DNA of 64,000 nt from the NCBI GenBank assembly GCA_963664825.1, contig OY761614.1, forward strand, positions 1,184,001-1,248,000, written 5' to 3'. Each line of letters starts with the position of its first letter. Position 1 is the stretch's first letter. Below, piece after piece: positions 50,957 through 59,893 of this stretch. The stretch is from an uncultured Holophaga sp. Its GTDB lineage: Bacteria; Acidobacteriota; Holophagae; Holophagales; Holophagaceae. The position numbers were made by a program, and so were the translations under genes. The notes below the pieces were generated by a model. It saw nothing but the letters and a program-made list of their open reading frames with translations. It had not been told where the DNA came from and did not search any database.

Positions 50957-52585
50957 GTATCGATTCACCCCCCCCCCATGCAGGCTCAACTCGTGATTGA
51001 GGATAAAATCACCGCAAGTGAATAATTCGCTTGTACTTTGGTCTCAAACCAGTCAGATTCTGAAGGATGGAGCTTGATCCTGTTCTGACTGATCCGCGTT
51101 ATCTGGCCCTGGCTGCCGAGAACGGGGAACTGCGTGCGGAAATGGTCTGCCTGCGGGAGGCGATGGAACGCCTGGAAAAATTGCTGGAGTCGCTCCAGGA
51201 TCGCCTCGGGAAGGACAGTCGCAACAGCAGCAAGCCCCCCAGTTCGGACGGACCCGCGGCGCCACCCAAGCCACCGGCGCCGCCCACGGGGCGCAAGCGC
51301 GGCGGCCAACCGGGACGGAAGGGATCCGCTCGGGTGATGCTGCCGGAAGGCAGCGAGGACCGTACGGTTTCGGTGCCCCTCGCCTGTTGCCCCCACTGCC
51401 GAGGCGAGGTTCCTTCAGGGGCCATCACCGGGACGCGCCTGCACCGGGTGGTGGATCTGGCTCAGCGCCTCACAGAAGTCATCGCCTACGCGCTGGAGGA
51501 GGGGATCTGCCCGCACTGCCAGAGGAAGGTGCAGGCGCCGCTTCCCCCAGAGGCTGCGCCGGGCGGGATCGGCCCGCGCCTTCAGGCTGCGGCGGCCTAT
51601 CTGCGCACAGAGGGCCGCATGAGCCTGACGCCGCTCCAGCGTTTCCTCTCGGAGGTGACGGGCGTAGCGGTCTCACGCGGTTGGCTGCACGAGAGCGGTG
51701 TGGCGCTGGGGAGCCACCTACTCCCCGCCTGGGAGGACCTCTCCCAGCAGATCCGTACGGCGGATGTGCTCAACCTCGACGAGACCGGCTTCGGCCGGAA
51801 GGACCGGGACTGGATCTGGGTGGCCCTTTCCGCCCGTACGGCCCTCTTCCACTTCAGTGACACCCGTGGGGCGAGGGCCCTAAAGGCGATACTTCCCGAG
51901 GACTTCCAAGGCGTGATTGGCACGGACCGCTACGGCGCCTACAACGCCTTAAAATCTGCCGTTCGCCAGTTCTGCTGGGCCCATTTGCGCCGCGAGTTCG
52001 TCGCCCTGAGCGAATCCCAGAAGCCCGAGGTGGCCGCACTGGGAAAGCGACTGCTCGCCGAGCAGGAGGAGATCTTTGCGCTGTGGCACACCTTCCGGGC
52101 GGGCGACATCAGCCGGAAAGAGCTCCGGGCCTGCACCGCCATCAATCTGGCGCGGCTCAAACGCGGTCTGATCCAGGCCAGCGCGATGGATCACAAGGCC
52201 GCCCGAAACCTCGGGAAGGACCTCCTCCGGAAATGGGACAAGCTCTGGGTGTTCCTGAAGGTCGAGGGCGTGGAGCCGACGAACAATGCGGCCGAGCGGG
52301 CCCTGCGCCCCCTCGTGATCCTCAAGCGGATCTTCCAGCGACTGCCCAGCGCGGACGGAAAGCGATTCTTCGAACGCCTCCTGAGCCTGGGCACCACCGC
52401 CCGCATCCGCGGCGTCCCCTACTTCGACTGGCTGCTCAGGGCCCTCCACTCCGCCCGATCCAACCAGCCCCTACCGGCACTGGAACCAGCCTGAGGCTGC
52501 CAGGGCAAGCGGGACATCACCAGCCCATCATGGCTGCCTGCCACCGGCTTACGTGGTCACAGGGACAAGGGGGGTGAATCGATAC
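50957..52585 (+). mobile_element. IS66-family insertion sequence, single-ORF (ISBst12-like), 1629 bp
   Basis: Perfect 17-bp terminal IRs GTATCGATTCACCCCCC; 8-bp target duplication GATCCGCT at 50949-50956 and 52586-52593. Confidence 0.95.
51067..52494 (+). CDS. IS66 family transposase
   Basis: NSSKPPSSD, GGQPG, two CxxC, DETG, TDRY..Y, CWAHL.R, TNN.AER.LR. Confidence 0.95.
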   Translation: MELDPVLTDPRYLALAAENGELRAEMVCLREAMERLEKLLESLQDRLGKDSRNSSKPPSSDGPAAPPKPPAPPTGRKRGGQPGRKGSARVMLPEGSEDRTVSVPLACCPHCRGEVPSGAITGTRLHRVVDLAQRLTEVIAYALEEGICPHCQRKVQAPLPPEAAPGGIGPRLQAAAAYLRTEGRMSLTPLQRFLSEVTGVAVSRGWLHESGVALGSHLLPAWEDLSQQIRTADVLNLDETGFGRKDRDWIWVALSARTALFHFSDTRGARALKAILPEDFQGVIGTDRYGAYNALKSAVRQFCWAHLRREFVALSESQKPEVAALGKRLLAEQEEIFALWHTFRAGDISRKELRACTAINLARLKRGLIQASAMDHKAARNLGKDLLRKWDKLWVFLKVEGVEPTNNAAERALRPLVILKRIFQRLPSADGKRFFERLLSLGTTARIRGVPYFDWLLRALHSARSNQPLPALEPA

Positions 52586-53842
52586 GATCCGCTGGCTCGT
52601 CTGGAGGCCATAGGGAAATGGATGGGTCGCACGTTCATGTACCAACAGGTCTATCTCACTCCCAACCGGTCCTGGAAACCTCTCCCCCCTGCCCAAACCC
52701 TTCGCCAACGAGCGGGAGATTGCAAGGACCTGGCCGTCATGGCTATTGCCGCCGCAAGACAAGCAGGGTTCCAGGGCTTTCCCGTTCTCTGCCGAATCCA
52801 TGATGGAGTTCTCCACGGAGAAGAGCCCGCGAGAATGGAAATGTGTAATCACGCCATCACTGCAATCCAGGTCCCTCCTCCCGTGGATCTGCCTTCCATC
52901 GTAGAGGTTAATGGCGCACGCTACCTCCTGTACGATCCAACGTCACGCACAACACCCATCGGTCGACTGCCCGAGGCCCATCGGAATGCAAAGGTATTGA
53001 TTTGCTTCCCCACCGGAGGTCAATGGGTGGAAGTCCCCGCGAAAGCGATCCCGGACGCCCGCGTGAATGTCACCCTCACGGCCGACGTGGACAAGACAGG
53101 CCACCTTGTTGGAGTTCTCTCCGTGCAGGAATGGAATGATGCCCTGGGACTTGCCTCGACCCATCTTGAGAGGGGACCATCGACAATCACGGAGCTTCTG
53201 GCTTCTCTTTTCTCCATCAACGCCACGTCTGACTTCAGGATCCTGAAAACCACAAGCAGTTCGCTTCCCCAGGCTTCCATCTTTGAGATTCAACTGGCCG
53301 TTGATGCCGACAATGCCAGGAGAATTTCTGGGGAATTCGACCGACTTAGTCTGCCAGGCCTTCCACCGGGTCCCCACCCGATTCAACCCCTGGACCAGCC
53401 TAGGCGGACAACCATCAAAGCGGGTCGAGATCTCCAATGGCTATGGAAGGGCTCAATCAAGTTCCCTTCCGAGATGAAACTCCAGCACCCGGAATGGAGC
53501 GCGAGTACGGCATTTCGAGAGATCCACTGGAAAGGCCAGACCGTTCAGAACCGGCTGGACTTAACTCTGGACATGAAACAGAGCCAGGGCATTTGGGAAG
53601 GAGACCAGATCCCCGAAGGGCTGAGGAAGATTGATTCAGATCGCCATACCTGGGAGTTGTTTCTGGGGACATGCCTAAAAATCAAACCAGAGGTCCACGA
53701 ATAGGTGTCGAGAGGGAGTCCGATCAAAACGCTTCGAGACCAAAACAGCCTTCATTCCTGTTTCTGAAAACCCGCGTGAACGTTGGCTTTTGGTTCACAT
53801 CAGGGCTTCTGGCTCCGCTAGAATGAAGGATCGGGAGCCCTG

Positions 53843-54784
53843 ATGTCTGCACCTGCCGTGATCGATTCCATCCTGGAACTCGTGGGGAATACCCCGCTGC
53901 TGAGGCTGCACCGCTTCGCCCCGGAACTGGAGATCTTCGGAAAACTGGAATACCTCAATCCGGGCGGCAGCATCAAGGATCGCATCGGGGTGGGTATGCT
54001 GCGGGCCGCGGAGGCCCGGGGGGAACTCATCCCGGGGGCATCGACGGTGATCGAGGCCACGGCGGGCAATACGGGCCTGGGCTTGGCCCTGGCCTGCAAG
54101 GCCCTCGGATACCGCTGCATCATCGTGATGACCACGAAATACAGCCGGGAGAAGATGCAGCTCGTGAAGGCCCTGGGCGCCGAACTGGTGGTGCTCCCCA
54201 AGGAGGGGGGCATGGATAGCGCCGTGGCCCACACGGAAGCCCTGGCCAAGACCATCCCCCACGCCTGGCTCGGCCATCAGTACGACAACTGGGATAATCC
54301 GGGCACCCACGCCGCCACCACCGCCGAGGAGATCTGGGAACAGATGGAGGGCCGGGTGGATGGCATCACCATCGCGGCGGGAAGCGGGGGTTCCTTCACC
54401 GGCATCGTCCGGCGCTTGAAGGAGCTCAATCCCGGGCTCGTGGCCTGGTGCGTGCAACCCCAGGGGAGCTGCTACGGCGACAAGGCCGTCTCCGAATGGA
54501 AGATCGAGGGCATCGGCAGCACTTCCGTGCCTGCCGTATTGGATCTCTCCCTGGCCGATCACATCCTGGATGTGGCCGACGAGGATAGCCTGGCCACGGC
54601 TCGCCGGCTGATCCTCACCGAGGGCTGCCTGGTGGGCGGTTCCAGCGGCTGCAACGCCTTTGCGGCCGAACAACTGGCTCGCACGCTGCCCAAGGGTAGC
54701 CGGGTGGCGACCCTCCTCTGCGATGGGGCCGAGCGCTACCTCAGCAAGTTCCCCGTGGCCGATATCTCCCAGGAGTTGCTGTGA
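53843..54784 (+). CDS. PLP-dependent cysteine synthase family (resembles OAS-dependent cystathionine beta-synthase MccA)
   Basis: GNTPL, NPGGSIKDR, EATAGNTG, SREK, GSGG, EGIG, G.SSG. Confidence 0.88.
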   Translation: MSAPAVIDSILELVGNTPLLRLHRFAPELEIFGKLEYLNPGGSIKDRIGVGMLRAAEARGELIPGASTVIEATAGNTGLGLALACKALGYRCIIVMTTKYSREKMQLVKALGAELVVLPKEGGMDSAVAHTEALAKTIPHAWLGHQYDNWDNPGTHAATTAEEIWEQMEGRVDGITIAAGSGGSFTGIVRRLKELNPGLVAWCVQPQGSCYGDKAVSEWKIEGIGSTSVPAVLDLSLADHILDVADEDSLATARRLILTEGCLVGGSSGCNAFAAEQLARTLPKGSRVATLLCDGAERYLSKFPVADISQELL

Positions 54785-55416
54785 CGGCCCTCGATCTCGC
54801 CTCCGGTCTGATGGACGCCGGGGCCGTGCGCCTTTCCCCCCGGGAGCCCTTCACCTGGGCCAGCGGCATGAAGGCGCCCATCTACTGCGATAACCGGCAG
54901 ATGCTGGGGACCCCGGAATTCCGTTCGCGCATCGTTGAGGCCCTGGCCCAGCTGGCCCTGGAAGCCAAACCCACACTCATCGCAGGAACCAGCACGGCCG
55001 GCATCCCCTGGGCCGCCCTGGTGGCCGATCGCCTGGGCCTGCCCATGTCCTACGTGCGGCCCGAACCCAAACAGCACGGCATGGGCCGCCAGGTCGAGGG
55101 GCCCGATACCTGGGGCCACCGGGTGGTGCTGCTGGAGGATCTCATCTCCACCGGAGGATCCAGCCTCAAGTGTGCCGCAGGCCTCCGGACCGAGGGCGCC
55201 GAGGTGCTGGAGATCCTCGCCCTCTTCAGCTACGGCCTGCCCGTGGCCGAAGAGGCCTTCCGCGCTGCCAACGTGAAGCTGCGCGTCCTGGCCACCTTCG
55301 ATGAACTGGTGACCCGAGCCGAGATCAAGGGCATCCTCCTGGGGGATGACCGCGCGTCCCTGGCGGAATGGCGGAAGGACACTGGCGCCTGGAGCAAGGC
55401 CCGAGGGGGAGCCTGA
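54781..55416 (+). CDS. pyrE: Orotate phosphoribosyltransferase
   Basis: FTWASG..APIYCDNR, YVR...K.HG, LEDLISTGGS. Confidence 0.95.
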   Translation: MTALDLASGLMDAGAVRLSPREPFTWASGMKAPIYCDNRQMLGTPEFRSRIVEALAQLALEAKPTLIAGTSTAGIPWAALVADRLGLPMSYVRPEPKQHGMGRQVEGPDTWGHRVVLLEDLISTGGSSLKCAAGLRTEGAEVLEILALFSYGLPVAEEAFRAANVKLRVLATFDELVTRAEIKGILLGDDRASLAEWRKDTGAWSKARGGA

Positions 55417-55418
55417 TC

Positions 55419-55979
55419 GTGAGCCGACTCTACACACGTACCGGGGATGAAGGAATGACAGGCCTCTTCGGGGGCAAGCGGGTATCCAAGGCCGACGCCC
55501 GCATCGGGGCCTACGGCACCCTGGACGAGCTGAACAGCGTCATCGGCGTACTGCGTCTGCATGTCTCCGAGGGCTCGGGCGCCCGCCAGCGGCTGCTTGA
55601 GGTCCAGCAGGATCTCTTCGTCATCGGCGCAGTGCTGGCCACACCCTCGGATCAGCTTCCGAAGCTCGGGACCAAGATGACCCGCCCCACCTGGGAGATC
55701 GCTGCCATGGAGGCCGATATCGATCGCCTGGGCGCGCTGGCTCCCGCCATGCAGCACTTCATCCTGCCCGGCGGCTGCCCGGCTTCGGCCTACGCCCACT
55801 GGGCCCGCACCCTCTGCCGCCGGAGCGAAAGGGAGGCCGTGGCCCTTTCCCGGCTGGATCCCCTGCCCCCCCTGGTGCTCACCTACCTCAACCGCCTCAG
55901 CGACTGGCTCTTCGCCCTCTCCCGGGCCGAAAACGCCCTGGCCCAGGTGCCGGACGTGGAGTGGGTGCCCAAGGGGTGA
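55419..55979 (+). CDS. PduO-type cob(I)alamin adenosyltransferase
   Basis: YTRTGD.G.T, YGTLDELNS, FILPGG, R...RR.ER, YLNRLSD. Confidence 0.93.
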   Translation: MSRLYTRTGDEGMTGLFGGKRVSKADARIGAYGTLDELNSVIGVLRLHVSEGSGARQRLLEVQQDLFVIGAVLATPSDQLPKLGTKMTRPTWEIAAMEADIDRLGALAPAMQHFILPGGCPASAYAHWARTLCRRSEREAVALSRLDPLPPLVLTYLNRLSDWLFALSRAENALAQVPDVEWVPKG

Positions 55980-56078
55980 TGCCCCGGGAACAGGATGACT
56001 GCGGTCCGGTTCGCGCACCCTCTGTCCACCTCAGTGCCCTGTGGTTCAGCTTTTGTGGCCAGGAGCCGAAGTTGAATA

Positions 56079-56675
56079 TCAGATTCCCCGCTCCGAGTGG
56101 CTATCCCCCATCCGAGCCTCCACCTCGGCCAAGAGGGCTTGAGCCCGGGGTTCACCGGCGACAGAGGCGCGGAGCAGCCAACCCTGGGCCGAGGCCAGAT
56201 CCCGGGGACCACCCCGGCCCTCCCGCAGATCCTGGGCCAGATCCACCATGGCCGCGGGCACACCGGCGCAGGCGGCCTGAATGAGCCAGGCCCGGGCCGA
56301 CCCGGGGTCCCGGTGGCCATAGTGGAGGCCCAGGCGATGGGCCGCGAGGCCGTCCCCCCCTTGGGCCGCCTTCAGGTCCCCATGAATGGCCGCGGGCTTG
56401 CTCCCCCGGGCGAAGTGCCACCACACGTAGTAGAGCGAGACACCAACGATAAAGAACATCGCGCAGAGCCACAGGAGGGCCATGGGGTTGCCCTTGGAAT
56501 ATTCCGCATCCTCCCGACCGGCCACGGCTCCGAGGATGATGAACCCGGTGGCGATGAGCACCAGGAGGCTGAGTATCACCAAGAGAATGGCCAGCAGCAG
56601 GAGGTATCCCATCCAGGGCCGCCCCTCAGAGGCCCAGGAATCGAGGATCTGCTGGAGCCGGGCGTTGAGCTTCAC
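56079..56675 (-). CDS. Membrane protein with C-terminal Sel1-like repeats
   Basis: Two TM helices, then A..G...A...LA....GRGGPRD...A..W. Confidence 0.75.
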   Translation of the reverse strand: MKLNARLQQILDSWASEGRPWMGYLLLLAILLVILSLLVLIATGFIILGAVAGREDAEYSKGNPMALLWLCAMFFIVGVSLYYVWWHFARGSKPAAIHGDLKAAQGGDGLAAHRLGLHYGHRDPGSARAWLIQAACAGVPAAMVDLAQDLREGRGGPRDLASAQGWLLRASVAGEPRAQALLAEVEARMGDSHSERGI

Positions 56676-57664
56676 GCGTCCTCACCCTTGAGCAGGCGCT
56701 TCTCGGCGATGCGCATCCAGTGCTCGGCGGCCAGGACCCCTTCGCCGTGGTTCACGCGGCGGAAATGGCTCAGGATGTGGCGCAGGGTGCGGGGAATGGC
56801 CGGGGCGAAGTAGGCCTTGTTCTTGTGCAGCAACTGGTGGCCGAAGGTGCCCAGGGCCTTGAAATTGCGCTGGAGGGCACTGAGGTTCAGCTCCTCCCAG
56901 AGCAGGCGCTCGGACCAGCCTAGTTCCTCGCGAACCCTCTGGACCAGCAGGTTCCCGGCTTCCGGTGACCAGTCCCAATAGCCATCGTAGAGGATGGAAG
57001 CCAGATCGTAGGTGGCCGCACCCCGGCGGGCATCCTGGAAATCCAGCATCACCAGGCGATCGCCGTGGATCATCAGGTTGCGCACATGGAAATCCCGATG
57101 GGCCAGGAAGCGCACCCGGGGCTCCAACCCCGCGTGGACCTCGTGCATCAGGCGCTCCAGCCACTGGGGCGGTTCTTTCTGGAGGAAATCGTGGAAGAAA
57201 TTCTCCCGACAGTAGCCCCATTCGAATTCGAACTTGGCCTGATCGAAGGCCCGCAGCATGAAGAAGGCCCGGCTGGGAGCCCCCTCGGTGAGGAGCCCCA
57301 ACCAGGTGGCCAGGAGACCGGCCACTTCCTCGGCCCAGTGCAGCTCCTCCTCGGGGTGGAGGGTGAGGCGCTTTTCCAGGGAGACATCCCCCAGATCCTC
57401 CATGAGCATGGCCCGTTCGCCATCGGCGCACTGGATGATGGTGGCCACCCGCACCACGGGATCGAGGTAGGCCTGGAGGGCTCGGTAATCGTAGTAGGGA
57501 TCGTCGAGCTTATCGGGATCCTTGGGGGGATAAAGCACCACCAAGGCCTTCCCCAGCTGGGGATGCTCCACCCGGAAATACTGCCGTGCCCCCGCGTCTC
57601 CGCTGAGGGGGCACGGGTTGCGGCAATCCCAGCGTTCGAGCACGGCCTGCAGACGGGGTTCCAT
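56672..57664 (-). CDS. amgK: Anomeric MurNAc/GlcNAc kinase-like (APH phosphotransferase family)
   Basis: GDAGARQYFR, EDLGD, HRDFH.RNL, LDFQDA, YDLAS, QR.FKALG.F; adjacent to murU-like gene. Confidence 0.8.
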   Translation of the reverse strand: MEPRLQAVLERWDCRNPCPLSGDAGARQYFRVEHPQLGKALVVLYPPKDPDKLDDPYYDYRALQAYLDPVVRVATIIQCADGERAMLMEDLGDVSLEKRLTLHPEEELHWAEEVAGLLATWLGLLTEGAPSRAFFMLRAFDQAKFEFEWGYCRENFFHDFLQKEPPQWLERLMHEVHAGLEPRVRFLAHRDFHVRNLMIHGDRLVMLDFQDARRGAATYDLASILYDGYWDWSPEAGNLLVQRVREELGWSERLLWEELNLSALQRNFKALGTFGHQLLHKNKAYFAPAIPRTLRHILSHFRRVNHGEGVLAAEHWMRIAEKRLLKGEDA

Positions 57665-57750
57665 GGCACCAGTTTGCCACGAAGGGAAAGCCCTGGCCCG
57701 AGGTCCTCCTGGAACACCTGCGCGAGTGTCCAAACAAGGCCCAAGCGCCT

Positions 57751-58596
57751 CTAGTCCAGGCCCAGTCGCACCTGCCGCCCCTCATCCAGGAACCAGAGGG
57801 CATTCGCGTCCCTGAAGGCCGGATGGAGCCGCGCTCCGGGGCCCAGGACGCAGCGCTGAAGCTCTCCGGCGGGAAAGGCCTCGGGATGGACGTAGCATCC
57901 GGACAGGCGGCCTTCCATCCCCGGTGCCAGTGCCGCGGCAGCGGCGATGAGATGATCGGGGCTGCCGATATCGAACCAGGGGAAGGGCTCCATCACGATG
58001 CCCGCGTGATGCCTGAGCCGGGGCAGGATATCGCCCTTGGTGTCCGAAAGTCCTTCCGGCAGCAGAGCCAGCGCCTCCAGTCCCCAGAGGGCGGCGCCCG
58101 TGAAATGGTAGGGGCCCTCACCCGTTTCCCCCGGGGGCAGTACCCGGCCTTCCTCGTCCAGCCAGACGGGGTTCCAGGGGCCGCCGGAATGGGGCACCAG
58201 AAGCCAGCTCAACTGGGCTCGTCGGCGCATGTGTTCGGCCCGGAAGGCCGCCCAGGGTACTTCGGCCAGGGCATCGCCATTCCACACCGCGAGCGGGTCG
58301 GCGGCCCTCCCCAGGGCATGACGGAGACCCCCCGCACTTCCCAGCAGGACCGGCTCCATGCAGACTTCGATTTCACTCCCCGCGGCGGCCCTCAATTTAT
58401 CCGGCAGGTGATGAGCGTTGCAGGCGATGCGCGTCATCCCAGCCTGGCGCATCCCCTCGGCCCCCCACTGAAGCAGGGGCTTCCCCCCAAGAGTCCAGGC
58501 GGGCTTGGGCAATACGCAGGAGAGGGGCCCCATGCGCGTGCCCAGGCCCGCCGCGAGGATGAAGCCGTCAAGGCTGGAGGGCATGGCCATTCCCAT
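57751..58596 (-). CDS. murU: Nucleotidyltransferase (MurU-like)
   Basis: ILAAGLGTRM.PL...PKP, HHL, LGSAGGL, NGD, WFDIG; start may be 58584. Confidence 0.7.
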   Translation of the reverse strand: MGMAMPSSLDGFILAAGLGTRMGPLSCVLPKPAWTLGGKPLLQWGAEGMRQAGMTRIACNAHHLPDKLRAAAGSEIEVCMEPVLLGSAGGLRHALGRAADPLAVWNGDALAEVPWAAFRAEHMRRRAQLSWLLVPHSGGPWNPVWLDEEGRVLPPGETGEGPYHFTGAALWGLEALALLPEGLSDTKGDILPRLRHHAGIVMEPFPWFDIGSPDHLIAAAAALAPGMEGRLSGCYVHPEAFPAGELQRCVLGPGARLHPAFRDANALWFLDEGRQVRLGLD

Positions 58597-59884
58597 TCAT
58601 GGGTCTCAGCAGGAACTTGCCCGGCGCCATCCCCCGCATCTCCAGCACGCGGATGCGCCAGCCCTGGACCTGGATTTCATCGCCCACCCGCAGGATCCGC
58701 CCCAGCCTCTCCTGGAAGAAGCCGCCCAGGCTCACGGAACCCGCCTCGGCCTCCAGCCGGAGATCCAGATGATCCTCCAGCTGCTCGAGGGTGACGGCCC
58801 CTTGAGCCAGCCAGGCCCCCCCCCGGGTGCGGCGCAGATTGATGACCTCGCGGTCGAATTCATCCTGGATCTCCCCGACCAGCTCCTCCAGGATGTCCTC
58901 CAGGGTCACCAGACCATCCGTGCCGCCGTGCTCGTTGATCACCAGGGCCAGGTGCTGCTTCTGCTTCTGGAAGTCCAGCAGGAGATCCTGGATCAGGCGC
59001 ATCTCCGGCACCAGGAAGGCCGGGCGCGCCAGAGCCCGCAAATCGAGTTCCTTCCCCTGGTCATGGAGGGCCCAGAGCAGCTCCTTGAGATGGATGACGC
59101 CCACCACGTGATCCAGATCGCCCTCCGCCACCGGAATGCGCGTGTGGGGCGAGGAGCGCGCCAGTGCGAGGTTTTCCTCCAGGCTGCTCCGCAGATCGAA
59201 GAAGGCGATCTCGCTGCGGGGCACGGCCACTTCCTTCACCGTGCGCTTGGAGAAGGCGAAGACATTCTCGATCAGCTCGGCCCGGGAGAGTTCGAGATCC
59301 CCGCTGGCCTGGCTCTTCACGAGCATGCGCTTGAATTCATCCTCGCTGGGGGGGCGCTCCTCCAGGCGGTGGTTCTTCACATCCACCCCCAGGAGCCGCT
59401 CGATCAGGCGGGTGAGCCCCACCAGCACCCAGGTGATGGGTCGGATGAGGCGCGACCAGAAGAGGAGGGGGCGGGCCGTGCGCAGGGCCCATGGAAGGGC
59501 CGAGCGGATGGCGAAGCTGCGGGGCAGCAGTTCAGCCAGCACCACCTGGAGCAACGTGAGGCTGAGCAGGCCCAGGGCCGAGCCCAGGACCAGTCCCACC
59601 CGGGGCCAGAGCAGACATCCGAAGAGGAATCGCCACCCCCGCACGAAGGCATCCTCCCCCACGGCGCCCAGGCAGACGGTGAGGAGGGTGATGGCCACCT
59701 GGATGGCCGAGAGATGCAGATCGAGATGGCGATGGATTTCCAGGGCCAGGAAAGCCCTGGGGTCCGCATCCTGAAGGCCTTCGAGCTGGGTGGACCTCAC
59801 GCGGATGGCGGCGAATTCCGACATCACGAAAAAGCCCGTGAGCATGATCAGGATGGCCGTGGCCACCAACGCGCCGAGATGCAT
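58568..59884 (-). CDS. Hemolysin/CNNM (DUF21-CBS-CorC) family transporter-associated protein
   Basis: GFFV.SEFA, ELLP, HTRIPV, EHGG..GLVTLEDILEELVGEI.DE.D. Confidence 0.92.
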   Translation of the reverse strand: MHLGALVATAILIMLTGFFVMSEFAAIRVRSTQLEGLQDADPRAFLALEIHRHLDLHLSAIQVAITLLTVCLGAVGEDAFVRGWRFLFGCLLWPRVGLVLGSALGLLSLTLLQVVLAELLPRSFAIRSALPWALRTARPLLFWSRLIRPITWVLVGLTRLIERLLGVDVKNHRLEERPPSEDEFKRMLVKSQASGDLELSRAELIENVFAFSKRTVKEVAVPRSEIAFFDLRSSLEENLALARSSPHTRIPVAEGDLDHVVGVIHLKELLWALHDQGKELDLRALARPAFLVPEMRLIQDLLLDFQKQKQHLALVINEHGGTDGLVTLEDILEELVGEIQDEFDREVINLRRTRGGAWLAQGAVTLEQLEDHLDLRLEAEAGSVSLGGFFQERLGRILRVGDEIQVQGWRIRVLEMRGMAPGKFLLRPMNGNGHALQP

Positions 59885-59893
59885 GAGCCGCGG

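Larger units (their letters stand above)
50091..53704 (+). pseudogene. DUF3857 + transglutaminase-like gene interrupted by IS66
   Basis: Joining 50091-50956 to 52594-53704 restores one 658-aa frame (...FEGDP-LARLEA...) with GDCKD, NHAI and YDPT triad motifs. Confidence 0.85.
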
